Assembly (NCBI RefSeq): GCF_006345805.1
Contig: NC_042999.1
Location: 140,926,001 to 140,990,000 of the forward strand
DNA: 64,000 bases
Direction of reading: 5' to 3'
Origin: Octopus sinensis
Taxonomy: Eukaryota
The notes under the pieces were generated by a model. It did not search any database, was not told the origin of the DNA, and worked only from the letters and a program-made list of their open reading frames with translations. Positions within the stretch are counted from its first letter, which is position 1, and each line of letters starts with the position of its first letter. Made by a program: the position numbers and the translations under genes. Positions 37,720-52,076 of this stretch are shown here, piece by piece.

Positions 37720-40068
37720 CATCATCATCATCATCATCGTTTAACGTCCGCTTTCCATGCTAGCATGGGTTGGACGGTTTAACTGGGGTCTGGGAAGCCC
37801 GAAGGCTGTACCAAGCCAGTCAGATCTGGCGGTGTTTCTACAGCTGGATGCCCTTCCTAACGCCAACCACTCCGTGAGTGTTGTGAGTGCTTTTTATGTG
37901 TCACCGACACAGGTGCCAGGCGAGGGTGGCGAACGGCCATGCTCGGATGGTGTGTTTTACGTGCCACCGGCACGGAGGCCAGGCAGGGCTGGCACGGCCA
38001 CGATCGGATGGTGTTTGTTATGTGCCACCAGCATGGAGGCCAGTCGATGCGGTGCTGGCTACAGCCACGTTTGGATGGTTCTCTTATGTGCCACTGGCAC
38101 TGGTACCACAAACTACAAATTCCATTGATGTGGATCGATTTCGATTTGATTTGATTCTTCGATTTTGATTTTCACTTGCCTCAACAGGTCTTCACAAGTA
38201 GAGTTATGCATCCCAAGAAGGAAGGTATGCACAGGTGGACTGACTACGTCCCAGGTAGGGGCCACGGGTTATGGCCTCACTTGTCCTGCCGGGTCTTCTC
38301 ACACACAGCATACTTCCAAAGGTCTCGGTCTCTGGTCATTTCCTCGGTGAGACCTAAAGAGCGAAGGTCGTGTTTCACCACCTCATCCCAGGTTTTCCTG
38401 GGCCTACCTCTTCCACAGGTTCCCTCAACTGCTAGGGTGTGGCACTTTTTCACACAACTATCTTCATCCATTCTTACCACGTGTCCATACCAGTGTAGAC
38501 GCCTCTCTTGCACACCACAACTGATGCTTCTTAGGTCCAACTTTTCTCTCAAGGCACTTTCACTCTGTCGGGTATGAACACTGCCATTACACATCCATCG
38601 GAGCATACTGGCTTCATTTCTTGCGAGCTTACGCATATCCTCAGCAGTCACGGCCCATGTTTCACTGCCATGTAGCATGGCTGTTCGTACACATGCGTCA
38701 TACAGTCTGCCTTTTACTCTGAGCGAGAGACCTTTTGTCACCAGCAGAAGTAAGAGCTCTCTGAACTTTGCCCAGGCTATTCTTACTCTAGCAGTTACAC
38801 TTTCGGCACACCCACCCCCACTACTGACTTGATCACTTAGGTAACGGAAACTATCAACTATTTCTAGTTTTTCTCCCTGGAATGTGACGGAAGATGGTCT
38901 CTGCGCATTTTCAGTGTTTATTGCACCAGAGCATCTGCCACATACAAAAACTATATTCCTAGTTAGCCTTCCTTTGACATTGCTACACCTCTTATGTGTC
39001 CATAGCTTACACTTGGTGCATCTTATAGAGTTCCTACCTACGCCTTTTCTACAGATCGAGCAGGGCCATCTACCTGAAGGCGTTTGAGATTTGTCTACCT
39101 TCCTACTTATTAGGACTTTGGTTTTAGCTAGATTGACTCTAAGGCCCTTCGATTCTAATCCTTGCTTCCACACCTGAAACTTCTCCTCGAGTTCTGATAG
39201 TGACTCAGCAATTAGAGCAAGGTCATCAGCATAGAGGAGCTCCCAGGGGCATCCTGTCTTGAATTCCGCCGTTATTGCCTGGAGGACTATGATAAATAGG
39301 AGGGGGCTGAGGATTGAGCCTTAGTGGACCCCAACCTCCACCCGGAATTCTTCACTGTACACGTTGCCAACCCTCACCTTACTAACAGCGTCCCTGTACA
39401 TGGCATGCACAGCTCTCACTAACCATTCATCTATCCCTAGTTTCCTCATTGACCACCAGATAAGGGAATGGGGGACCCTGTCAAAGGCTTTCTCCAAGTC
39501 AACGAAAGCCAGGAACAGAGTTTTAGCTTTGGCTAGGTATTTCTCCTGCAGCTGTCTCACCAGAAATATGGCATCGGTGGTGCTTTTCCCTGGCATGAAA
39601 CCAAACTGCATCTCGTCCAGGTTGACTCTCTCTATAATCAGTTGGGCTATGACCTTTTCCGTAACCTTCATTACCTGATCCAACAGCTTGATACCTCTGT
39701 AATTATTTGTATCTAGGGCGTCACCATTACCTTTGTAGGAGTTGACTATTATGCTACTACACCAGTCATTGGGTATGACTCCTTCGTGTATCACCTGGTT
39801 AACTATACGGGTGACTAGGCTATAGCCGACACTGCCAGATATTTTGAGCATCTCTGCAGTAATTCCTGATGGGCCTGGGGCTTTCCCTGTCTTCATGCTT
39901 CTAATTGCCTTAACTACCATGGAACTGTCAACTCAGATAGCTGGTCCCTCTATTGGGTCGACATTCGGCAGACTCTCTTTATCCCATTCATTCTCTTTGT
40001 TGAGCAACCTTTCATAGTGGCATCTCCAAACCTCTCTCTTTGCATCCTCATTTAGCGCAAGTGAACCT
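37720..40068 (-). mobile_element. 5'-truncated RTE-clade LINE, reverse transcriptase C-half plus 3' UTR, inactivated
   Basis: One continuous frame: KAPGPSGI, NYRGIKLL, QFGFMPGKST, FVDLEKAFDRV, GVH*GSILSPLLF, YADD (39222-39233), DSFRYL, CVRTAMLHGSETW, RGRPRKTW; in-frame TAA at 39321-39323 and TGA near 39932; tandem 3' UTR units and (gat)n tail. Confidence 0.97.
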
Positions 40069-40122
40069 TAAAATGTGAAATTATTTTCATCTCAGAATGA
40101 TTGTTAGTAAAGAGAAATCTAC

Positions 40123-40160
40123 CTTTGACACAAAAGTATAAGACCCAGTGGAACCAATAG
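40123..40160 (-). CDS. Candidate small exon (phase 1/0): IGSTGSYTFVSK
   Basis: Strong polypyrimidine acceptor ctttattgctaccatctgtag, donor aag|GTAGAT. Confidence 0.3.
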
Positions 40161-42569
40161 CTACAGATGGTAGCAATAAAGAAGATAATATAAATGAGAG
40201 GACTTTCAAGGATAGTTGATAGGCTGCTGAAAGCATCAGGATGGATTCATGTCACACTAATCAGTCATCCATTCACTCAGCTCTTTCATAGATATATTTC
40301 CAAGTAAACTGCTTAAATATTTTAATTAGTTTTCAGTATAAAAAAAACTTTTGAGTGATTTAATAAACTGTCTATAACTCAGTTACATATCATGTTTTAT
40401 GTTGCTAATTTAAAATCTCATGTTATGAGATTTTGATTATGATTTTAATTTAAAACTGATCTGTCATATTTAATAAAAGAAATTTCAAAAGGACTGGTAT
40501 CAAAAGGACTAACTAATCAGAATTTATGTGGGGAAAGTTATGTATATTGATATAGATAAGAATAACAATACTGTAATGTAGCAGCATTGTTAACTGCTAT
40601 AAAGTATACAGTTATCTAAGAAGTTATAGTAAAAGTGACATTGAAATAACTATATCTCTAGATTTTTATTTTATTTTATGTTCCCAAACTAGTTTCCAGC
40701 TTACCAGTTTTCAGTCAAGCCGTCCAACCCATGCCAGCATAGAAAACAGGCATTAAATAATGATGATGGTGATGATGATGATGATTTCAACTGTGTTTGC
40801 GGATGCTCATATTGAGGATCACATTGCCAGCTCAGTCAGTTAAGAATTTTGTTTGGATAGGCTCAGTATAGCTTTCTTCATCCTAATCTTTGAAGTAATT
40901 GCATAAAAATTCAGGACAGGATGTCATGGTAATTTGGGATGGAGAAAGGTGCAGGAAATGCTATCACTCCTACAGCAGAGGATGTAGTTGGATGGTAATT
41001 TATATATCACCACCTACAAACATACACAGCTCCACCACTGCCACCACCACCACCACCACCATCAGCATCTTCATGTTTACCTTTACATGCTTGTGCGCAT
41101 GCGCACGCACACATACACACACAGATGTATTACAAATTGCTTTTGCTTTAAAGTGATACTTATGTCTAACATTATATAAAAATATATATTTCACCACTTC
41201 TTCCATGTTTTCCTTTCGTTGCCCTCTTCTGCTCCCACTTGGATTGCTTGATACTGCTTTACCCAGCTCTCATTCTCCATATGCCTTGTTTGTCTACACC
41301 ACCTTAATCTTCTCTCTATTACAGTATTCCTGATTACTCTTATACCTAGTTTCTCTATCAACTCATTTTTACTCTAGTGCTTTCAGCTAATTCAGCCACC
41401 TATGTTACAGAAGCTATCTGCTACTTCTTGTGAGCCCTCAAAGCATTTGTAAAAAGTTACTTTATAGGTTCTGTTACTGTTAATTACTTTGTGTACCTGC
41501 TGTATGTAATTTTTCTTCCTTATCAGCTTGCTTGTGATCCCACTGTATTGCTTGTACACCTATAGTTTACATTGATACATCATATGACATTTCTGCCAAT
41601 TTCTTTTCTGCATGTCAAGCATTGCTAGTTAGTTGATAGCAGTGAAATCCTGTCTTCTCTCCTGCTAACTAAACCTTTTCTCTTACCTATTTTTTTTTAA
41701 AAACCTTATGAAACTAGGTTTTGGTTCCACATTTGGAATTATTTCTTGATTTTTCTAGGCTATCAGTTGACAGACAGTTGGTTCTAAACTCTTCTGTTTT
41801 GTCCTAGAGAACTGTTATACACAGGAGGAGGCTAAAACAGAGCGCAATGGACCCTTGCTTGCTTAATTTCTTACTGAACTCATTGATTACTCTTTATTTG
41901 CCAGTTAGTATTACTGTGTGACCGTCAAACAGAGATGGACTAAAGCCTAAGTAAATTATTGAAGGGCATATTCAGACAATTCTTAACACATGTAGAGTTC
42001 TATCATTTCTGTTACACCAGTCTTCTCCTCTTGCTATATAGATAGAGGATAGATTAGTTTTAATTTAGTGCTAAAAGGAATGTATTATATGTTGAATATA
42101 TAAATAGTTGGAGATGGTAGAGAAATTTGATCTAAAAATGAAACAGTAAAATGATTTACTCATATTTTCCTGTAAATATATGTTAAATATAACTTCCATT
42201 TGTAAGTTAATTAAATATTTGACCAAAATACATTAAAACATTATAATCATTCAGTGTGTTTAAAGTTTAAGTTCTCCCTTAAAATTTCAACTCTTTGGTA
42301 TTTTTGCTTAATTTGTATGGAATAGAAATTAATTAACATTGTATCTGATCCCGATTTTCTTCCAGAATCCCTTCCAATAAGGTGTTGATTACATGATCTA
42401 ATAAAATAATTAGTTTCTTTTTTATATTCTATTTTTATTTCATTTATATTTTTTATCATTTATATTCTGTTGTCATCTTATTTCAATTACTGAGTTTGAT
42501 TTTCAGTACCATAGTATTGTAATTAATCAAATTTTGCTGTCACACATTGCTAATTCCTTAGATTTACTC

Positions 42570-42918
42570 TTTTACTTGTTTCAGTCATTTGACTGCAGCC
42601 ATGCTGGAGCACTGCTTTTAGTCAAACAAATCGATCCCAGGACTTATTCTTTGTAAGCCTAGTACTTATTCTATCGGCCTCTTTTGCCGAACTGCTAAGT
42701 TACGGGGACACCAGCATCAGTTGTCAAGCGATGCTGGGGGGACAAACACAGACACACACACACATATGTACGACGGGCTTCTTTTCAGTTTCCATCTACT
42801 AAATTCACTCACAAGGCTTTGGTCGGCCCGAGGCTATGGTAAAAGACACTTGCCCAAGGTGCCACCAGAACCATGTGGTTGGTAAGCAAGCTACTTACCA
42901 CACAACCACTCCTACGCC
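42570..42918 (-). mobile_element. SINE family B
   Basis: Reverse complement of the family body with a tRNA-like head (gtgtggtaagtagcttgcttaccaaccacatggttc). Confidence 0.9.
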
Positions 42919-43441
42919 TATAAAAGAAACAACAGATTTATGTATGTTGAATTTTTATATCTTGTCATATAGGGGATATCTCTACAATATATAGTCTGTG
43001 GGTGCATATAACTTGAACTATCTGTGCAGTTTCCAATAAACTTAGTAATAACATTTTTATTACTAAGATATGTTTAAAATGACTTTTGTATGCTTATCAT
43101 AGCTAACTTCCTTGTCTTTGCCATCATTATTATCATTAGGCAAAAATGGTATAGGATTTTAATTAAATACTTAATGGTGTTTTCTTCCATTTCTTTATGT
43201 TCTGAGTCAGATTATGCAATGACAGAATTTCTCTGGATTACCAGAGATAAAGCAAGCATCAACCTTATACTACTCTTCTGTGAATTTGTAACCTTGTACA
43301 ATTGCAAGAATCATTGTTGCTATATTTAATATCATTATATTAATCATCTATACAACTATTACTAACACTGTCTGTATTGTCGTCAACATCATCAGCAATA
43401 CTGTTACAACTATTGCTTCTTCTATTGCTACACAAACTAAC

Positions 43442-43487
43442 CTTCTTGTTCTTTTGTTGACTCCACAGTAGATTTGCACATTTGATT
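43442..43487 (-). CDS. Candidate small exon (phase 0/1): NQMCKSTVESTKEQE
   Basis: Acceptor ttgcatag, donor aag|GTTAGT. Confidence 0.28.
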
Positions 43488-46400
43488 CTATGCAATTTGG
43501 ATATAGAGTTTATTTGTATGAAAATAAAATAACTCATGTTAAATAAAGGGAAAAGAGGAAGACATTATATATCTATCCTATACAAGAGAGTGTAGAATCA
43601 AAATACAAAATCAAAATCCTCCTCTTTCATTCCTTCTCATAATTCATTATTAAAAATAGAAAATTCTCTTTATTGCCATTTACTAAAATGTTATACAAAC
43701 ATCGGAATTTAATTTGATAAGCTGAGAATTTAAACATGCTATTCTGCTCTGTTATATAAATGCCTATAGATAAGTAGAGGTTGCACAAATTATTTGTTAA
43801 TTAATTTTTTTAAATAGTTGTAAAAATCTTGCAGTAGCTTCTAATATGGTATTGATTTTTAAAAAAAACTTTTTTTTACATGTCTATGAAGCTTGGAACT
43901 TCGAAAAAGAAAGGCAAACTGTATCATTAATGTTGTTTCTGAAACTCATTAGTGTCATAATTGAAATAATTTCATTTCAAATCATTTCCAGACTGGGAAA
44001 ACAGTCCACTAAAATTTTAACCAGCATTTGGGTGAAAACCACTGGTGTTAGCATGACAACAGAAGCTTCAATGTAGGCTTTAACCTGCTTGATATAGCAT
44101 TGCTCAACAAAATCCCTATCAACTGACTGGGAATCTCATACTTTAAGTTCTAAATCTTAAAGAATGTGCACAGTAAAGATGACTTGGCTATATTTAAGAA
44201 CATTAATTAAATGCTTCATGCAGTAAACAACTTCAGTACTACGGTATACTTAACTTCAGTATTGTGGTGTAACATGCTAACATTTAAAAAGAGGGAAAAA
44301 AAAAAAACAGCCAATGATGTATTATGTAGGAAGGTGTGAACTCTATGCGATGTAAAACAGGTGATACATTTCATAGCCTGCTATTATTGTAAAGGCTTAG
44401 AAATTGAGCATTTGCATAAATATTACAATATTTACTTGAAGAAAATAATGAATCTTTTAGTTTCCAATTATCAACCTTAAAGAGTGGAAAGTTGCTTACA
44501 TTGAGTATTTGGTTATGTTACAGTAAATATGGTTTTTGGAAAAAACTGCCATGATTTAACATGCGTCGACAGAATAGTAGCAATTTGATTGTGTGAAAAA
44601 TACGGTTGTTTCATAAGAAGTTGAGTACATTTATTATAAATAATAACATTCTAATCAACTTTATGGATTTGTCTAGGAGTACCTGAAGCCCAAAACAAAA
44701 TATGCAACAATTCCTCTCTAATTTATTGTTGCAACATTCCTTCTATAAATATCCCTGACTTTATGGGGTGAGAGAGAAAGAATACAGAGAAAACTGGAAA
44801 GAGAAACTGACAAACAATGACAATCTCACTGACCTAGAACAGGAGACTAGTGTGAAGCTCTGAACATTTTAATGACTTCATATTAATTATGATCATATAC
44901 ATATTCATGGTCAATATAAAAATCTCTTAGATAAAGAAACAAAGAGAAAGATATCTTCACATATGCTCATAAATGCAATTCTACCAATTGTACTCGTGCC
45001 AAAATTGCTTCAGCCATAATAGGTTTCATTTTATTTCCCAGTGTTAACTATAATAATAATAATAATAATCTCCACCCAATCAATGGCGCTCTGATGGACC
45101 AATTTGTGAATGTGTTTGTGTTAATCAACAATAAGTAAGCAAATGGAATTTTCCTTTTTAATTTTGTTTATTATCATGATAGTCATTGTAAATTCTATTC
45201 AAACACATTTCAAAACTATTAAAGGATTTAATTGATTTTAAAAGTTTGTGTGGGTTGTGGAATCTTAGAAGGTTATTTGTTTTTCTCAGATAATCACTAG
45301 AATTTGAAGAGACTAATACTGGCCTGTATCAACATGACAATTTATTAAAAACAAAAATGAAGAAAATGAGATATGTTGATGTATTGTGAGCAAAAACAAT
45401 GTGTAAGGCTTTCTCCATCAAAGAATAAAAAGCAACCTTAAACAAATAATCATCAATGACAAAAGAAACATGGACTAACAAGAGACAGGAAGTAATTAGA
45501 TAGAAGAATAAAGCTGACTGGGAAAAAGTGGATATTTAATCTAATAATAAACTAGGTAGCTAATAAAGAAAGAGAATCCTTGTATATCATTCAGGTAATG
45601 CCAGTATTGATAATGAAAAGTACATTATACTGGTAGGTAGATTTGGTGTTGGTTTGGATGGTGGTGGGGAAAATGGATGAAGTAATTTTCTGCTTCTGGA
45701 CTCTCAACCTGTCTTTCTATAGAGTTTACTAATTTTGTTCTGATAGCAATGAGACACATAGTCATGGCAAGTGACTTTGATGACGCCAGTCTATCATCTA
45801 GTGATACTCAGGGGGTCATTTGAAGTCAGTGCTAACAAAAACATTCAGTTCTACTGCACTCCTCTTGCTTGAAGAAAAATACTGTCCTCCATTAATCATG
45901 CTTACAATTAATTGGACCAGTCCATTTGAGAAGAGTTCAACTATGAATACACAGCCCAGGGCTGACAACCCTTTCATTAATAGCCTGACCATATTGACTT
46001 AGTTAATCACTATTCTTCTAATTTTCTGTACAAACAGTAAAAATACAACTGAGGTTGTCCATTATATATTTTTAAAATGGACTGGCTATTACTATTATTA
46101 AAAACAATAATAATTTTGAAAATACATTTTTTTCTTTTTTCACAAATTTTTATTCGTATTTTTCATATTTATCAATTTGGAAAATGGAAGTTAATTCTTC
46201 CTACACATCATATTACAAGACTATTGGAAATACAAAGCAAAGGAAAGAAAAAAAAACTTAAAACAAACAATAAATCTGTGTAGGATTGAACTGCTTCAAA
46301 ATAAAATCTTTTTCAAATTGGACTTGTTTAAATTAACAACTTCTCGAGGGGAAAAGTTATTTACAGGTTAAATTTCATTCAGATAGGTTCTATTTCAGAT

Positions 46401-46929
46401 TTTCTAAAAAAAATTATTTTTTCAAAGAATTACAGTAAGTAATTACCTGTCTGTATTTTTTAGATTAGTCCATTCTTAGAGTATTTTGTGCTTTGATGCA
46501 TTACTAAACCTTATGTGTTAAGTTTCTTTTGAAAAAACTATAGATAAATATTATAAATATTCTGAGATCAAATCTTGTTAAATAATGTTATCTATTTGGA
46601 AATATATGATTGTGAGATATTAGTACTTAGTAATTCAAGTGAAATGAATTCTAGATATATTACAGTCTACATCACAAATTTGACTTGTTGAGAACTGAGC
46701 TTTTTTTTTTTTAAAGTAGACTTGAACTTGAGAAATAGAACAAAAGTATTTGTTCTAGTCTAACGCTGTTTCTGTCAAGTCACTTCATTTCCCCCAATAT
46801 ACCATGTATATAGAAGTAATATACAGTATGTTTTTGCTATAAAAATTGAACACATGGATAAACCACAGATAGAAGCAAGGTTCAAAATGGTTAATTGTAT
46901 CTTTCTTTAGAAACTTAGGGATTGTTTAC

Positions 46930-46956
46930 CTTGCCTTCTAAATGTATGCTTCTAAA
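46930..46956 (-). CDS. Candidate 27-nt microexon (phase 0/0): FRSIHLEGK
   Basis: Strong acceptor ttcttactttgccttccatatactgtag, donor aag|GTAAAC. Confidence 0.28.
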
Positions 46957-48072
46957 CTACAGTATATGGAAGGCAAAGTAAGAAATCCATTGTAAATCTC
47001 TAATGAGGCGAAACTAGTTGATCCAATACTTGCTTCTAGCTGCCCAAACTTCTATGGTTTATTCACAGGTTCTATTTTTCAATGAGAAACATTTTATTTG
47101 ATTTCTATATAGATATATATTCACAACTACACTGTATTTGTACTTTAATTACATACAATTACACATGCAAACTTATTTAAGGCCTATATCTATTTTTTCC
47201 ATATCATCTGCTACTAAATTAGACAATTTAGTGTACAAGCTTTTGAAATCTGTATTTTTATACTTAACATAACATCTAATATAAGCAATATAACTCAGAG
47301 GAGGAAATAGTATCAATCTTTTCATCAGCTAGGTAAACTGTAATGTTAACTTAGCTGAATGTATACCATAATAGCTTTTGCAGGCACTAGGTCTTGCCAT
47401 TTAATATCAAAATCACTTCACTTCTTTCTAGTCAAGTAAATAAATATACAGACAATATTTTATTCATCTAACATCAGGATATATCCTCCCAGATTCTAGT
47501 TTTCTTGGTTGATGCTGTTTCTTCAGAGTTACTATACTGTAAGGCCAGCAGTTTCTTGATATCAATAGATTGAACTTGATATTAATAGCCTTTTCAAATT
47601 TGTTATAGTAGCTCTATTTGTGGCCTGAAATATGTGGTCACAATCCTCAAGAAGTGTTCCTAGGCTTTTGAGTTTATTAGTTTTTGGATTCAGCTGACCA
47701 TTTTTTTTTTTAGTGCACTGGTCTTGGTTTATAGATTTGCCTTAACATTTGACTCTCTTTCATTGGCCTAACTTTTCAACCCTCCATTAGTATTTTAAGT
47801 TGTAATCCTTTTGATCTTTTGCATCACCTTAAGCTCTCCTTCCCTCTCTCTTCTTTTCTCTACTAGAATGACATTTATAAAGCTAAACCTCTCAGAGATT
47901 TGGCTTGGCATAGTATAGCAATAATAATAATACCTTCATGTCACTTATTTTGCCTTTTAATATGTTAATATGTATATAGCTCATGTACTATTATTTAGAC
48001 AGAAGTGCAATTTCTATAGCCATTGTAGGACCTTCTTAGACTAAAAGAGGTTTATGCATTGATATTCTGCAG

Positions 48073-48150
48073 ATTCATTTGTAGAGAGGGAATCTGAACA
48101 AGACAGAGTTTTTGAAGGTTTGCAGCTCTTGGGTAGAATTACAGGGCCAA
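48073..48150 (+). CDS. Candidate plus-strand exon (phase 1/1): SFVERESEQDRVFEGLQLLGRITGP
   Basis: Acceptor attctgcag, consensus donor GTAAGT, open frame of protein-like composition; no gene context established. Confidence 0.3.
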
Positions 48151-49904
48151 GTAAGTAGTGTGAAGTAGCAATGATGATGAAAATTTAAAAAGAGGAAAGA
48201 AGTGTCATATGGAAGTAGATACATTTGTTATGTGTGATTTTAATACATATATCCATGTGTTAATGTTACAATGTGAATGGTTATTGTATGTGTACACACT
48301 TGTGTGTGTGTATTTTTATGCTTCATTTTGGTAAGGGTAATTTGTGCATGTGTTTAATTCATGTTTGTATTTGGTTTTAGTAATGTGTGTGTATTAGTAT
48401 TAATGTGTTTCATTAGTACAAAAATTTACTTTTTTTTCTTTGTTTTTTAACCACCATTTTTGTCTCTGCCACTGTTCATCTCTCTCCTCCAGACTTCACA
48501 TCATTTTCCTATTTCTCATCTCTCTCTGGTTTTATTATGCTGCTGTTCTTCACCCAACCCACTTATCATATATCGCCATTTATCACCTTCTCCCTAACCA
48601 ACTCCTATTTTCCTTACCTTTCCCCAAACAGATTAACTATTATTCTCATTTCCACCCATGTTCATTATCCGTTGCATTCATTTCTATCTTCATTTCTACT
48701 GGCTATCACTCTCATGAATCCAGGCAACCAGCCATCCTCGATTCTCTGCCCCTACTCTCTCTTCATTTACTTGTACTTTGATGATATGCCCTGATGTTTC
48801 ATCTCCACCATCTTTTCTCTCCCTTTCTTGCTTGGATAGCCATATATTTCCTCTACAGCAAGACACCTGTTCCTGTCCCTCTATCATATTTCAGCCTCTC
48901 AACACCTGGCACAAAGCCACTGCCCTCAGAACTGCATTCTCACTTTGTAAAAGTTACTTGGTGACCTCACTAGTACTAATGGCATAGAAAACTGCAACCA
49001 GTATACTCTGTAAAGTGGTTGATGTTAGGAAGGGTATCCAGCCATAGAAACCTTGCCAAAGTAAACATTGGAACCCCATACAGTCCTCTAACTCACTGGA
49101 TCCTTTTGAATTGTCCAACCCATGCCAGCATGGTATATGGCATTAAATGAAGATGCCAATGAGTATTGTGTAAATATAAGTGTGTGCAAATTAATATATA
49201 AGTATGTGCTTCTAAATATGAATACTAGTATGTATGTATATATATATATATTTATGAGTGCTGTCTTTGCTAGTGTGTATAGGAATTCTTTTGATTATGT
49301 GTTTATGTATATGTAAACTTATATATACTTCTGCCCATAAGATTATGGATGTTTGTGTGTTTGTACATTTATACATGTGTGTGCATATATCTTTATATTT
49401 TTCTATACACTTTTGTTGCGAATGTGTAAGCATATGTGTCTAGGTGTGTAATACTTTCTATGTGTGTCATTCTAGAGAGAGAGAGAGAGAGAAACAGAAG
49501 TTGAATAGAGAGAAAGTGGTGTAGAATGATGAAAAAAGAAGTAGAGATAGAGAGAATGAACTGAAGGCCAAGTAGAAGACTATCAGGTGTCAGCTAGACT
49601 AGAACAGTCAGCTTCTGACGTGTGTGTGCAATACTTATGACGCAAACTGGGTTTCAGGTGTGTGTGTGTGTGTAAGGAAGAGGTGAGAAAATGGTAAAAA
49701 TATCCTCCCACCATCTGTAGAAAATTATTCCTACTCACAAACAACAAATTAAGTAATATCGACCTTTTTTGTTTACATTTGTTTGTCTGCCTGTTTATCT
49801 GAATTTTTCATTTTGTTCTTTTTGTCTCCTCTCCCCCTCACCCCACCTCTCTTTTAGGTATCTGTAGTATCTTAACTATTCATACAAACACCCACACACA
49901 CACA

Positions 49905-50222
49905 GGCATGGTAGCATGGGAGTGTGGTTAAGAAGTTCACTTTGCAATGATGTGGCTTCAGTGTCAGCTCCTCTGTAGAGCATCCTGGGCAAGTGTTTTC
50001 TGTTATAGCCCTGAGTTGACTAAAATGCCTTGTAGATAAAATGTGGCAAACAGAAACTCTGCAGAAGCTTGTCATTGGTGTTAAGGAAGGGCATCCAACC
50101 ATAGAAACCATACCAAAACAGACAATTGGAGCCTGGTGAAGCTTTCTAGCTTGCCAGCACCTGTCACACTGCCCAACTCATGCCAGTATGAAAAATGGAC
50201 GTTAAATGATGATGATGATGAT
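49905..50222 (+). mobile_element. SINE family B head joined to an RTE-type 3' tail
   Basis: gtgtggttaagaagttcactttgc...cagaaactctgcagaagc followed by ttaaggaagggcatccaacc...gacgttaaatgatgatg. Confidence 0.7.
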
Positions 50223-50340
50223 GGTATGTGTATATATAACAACAACAACAATAATCCTCAGTTGGAATTTATAAATATTTAATACGTGATTTGTGGAAAC
50301 GCACATAGTGATACATTAAAATAATAATAATAATAATAAT

Positions 50341-50541
50341 AATAATGAAATTATTGTGTATAGTGCTCAGGTATGCTACAACTCATCAACAATGCATGTA
50401 CAGTACATAGAATTATGTACAGAAAGTCAGGAAAGTGAACAGTGTATGAGTCATATACATGTGTGCATGTGTATGGAGTGGGGGATATCAGGTGTAGTGT
50501 TGGCAAATTTCAGGAAGCATGGAGGTTTTAAAGGATGCAAT
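50341..50541 (-). mobile_element. CR1-type LINE 3' fragment
   Basis: Reverse complement of 8417-8610; the ORF track shares SEQCMSH..CMEG.ISGVVLANFRKHGGFKGCN. Confidence 0.9.
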
Positions 50542-51222
50542 ATCTTGGCAACTCCATCCAAGGTTTATTATTATTATTATTATCATTATTATTATTATTA
50601 TTTACCCTACATTATATCAGTGCAACTTGATGAAACCCTGAAAAACTGGCTAACTAGTCAACATCTTTAGATGGTGGTCGGCATAATGGAATAGGAGCTT
50701 TATTTGCATATTCAAAACGTTTCCCATAAACAAATTTAAAAGATATATATATATATATATATATTTGTGTGTAAATGTGTGTCTCTGTCCTTGTCTCAGT
50801 TTATGTTTAGACCACTTGAAAATTGTTGTTGTCTCCCATGACTTAACGCTTCAGTAAATACATATCGCTAAAATAAGCACTAGACTTAAAGATAAGAATA
50901 AGTACTGAGGTTGATATGATTGATTGAATGCCAGCATGACCTCCAATCAGTCCAGTAACTGAATTCAGTGAATCAGTGAAGGAATTTGTATATGATTGAC
51001 CAGTTAATTTGTATTTTACATGTGCAATCTGTGAGTGGAACAGTAAAAATATGCAAGACTTTCCTCAAGTTCCAAATGTGAATTTGTCTGTGTTAACTAC
51101 ATCCCAAAGATGGAGCCTTGTATCTTTGTTGGAAACCAGCTCCCTCCTCAGTGGAAGATTTATAACTATTAAAAAATAGAAAAGACTACATACATACATG
51201 TGTATGTGTATGTATACACATA

Positions 51223-51272
<50 letters not shown>

Positions 51273-51354
51273 CACACACACATGCACATACATACTCACA
51301 TATACCAGTATGGAATAGGGATGTTGAATGATGATGATGATGATGATAATATAC

Positions 51355-51802
51355 TGGATGTCATGCTTTAGTGAATTTGACCTCATCAATTGGGTACAGA
51401 CTAACCAAACCTGCAGATAAGTAAATAGATTTTTTTTAAATAGAAAAAGAGCTAAATGTTAAATTGAGCTTATTATTTAAAAGCTAGTTCATGAATAACA
51501 ATGGAACACTCACTAATAAATGAGGGCAGGGTTCAAAACTGAGTGTAGAGGCAAGCTGTAAACTTTATATTGATTGGGACGTTTATGTTTTAAAGTTTAC
51601 AGTTTGTCTCTACACTCAGTATTGAACCTTGCCCCCATTTATCAGTGAGTGTTCCATTGTTATTCATGAACTAGCTTTTAAATAATAAGCTCAATTTAAC
51701 ATTTAGCTCATTTTCTATTTTAAAAAATCTACTTACTTATCTGCAGGTTTGGTTAGTCTGTACCCAATTGATGAGGTCAAATTCATTAAAGCATGACATC
51801 CA
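51355..51802. repeat. 448-bp near-perfect palindrome (213/212-bp arms, 23-nt loop); fold-back/MITE-like
   Basis: 51355-51567 vs 51591-51802, about 10 differences counted by hand. Confidence 0.95.
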
Positions 51803-52076
51803 CAGTTGTTCTTTGCCTACACAGATCAAATTGTTATTTTCCTAAACATGTAAATTTACCTGAGAAATTTAATCCTAATTTCTTGAAATTATTTCCTCTT
51901 CTATTCAAAAGTAGCTAACAATTGTTGTTAGGTTTTCATTTTCTAACTCAGCTAGAAATTTCAATAAATTAAGAAATTATTGCATACAGCAATCAATACA
52001 GCAGCCTCCAATATAAATATAAACAAATAGATTTATTTACATTTGATGGATATTTGTCCTCCTCTTGTTTGTTGAT

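Noticed and set aside
37757-38577. Plus-strand ORFs of 93-133 aa
   Set aside because: Antisense shadows of the RTE ORF and its GC-rich 3' UTR
45597-45830. Plus-strand IILVGRFGVG (P-loop-like) and MASDFDDASLSS frames
   Set aside because: No GK[ST], early stops, and adjacent candidate exons are phase-incompatible
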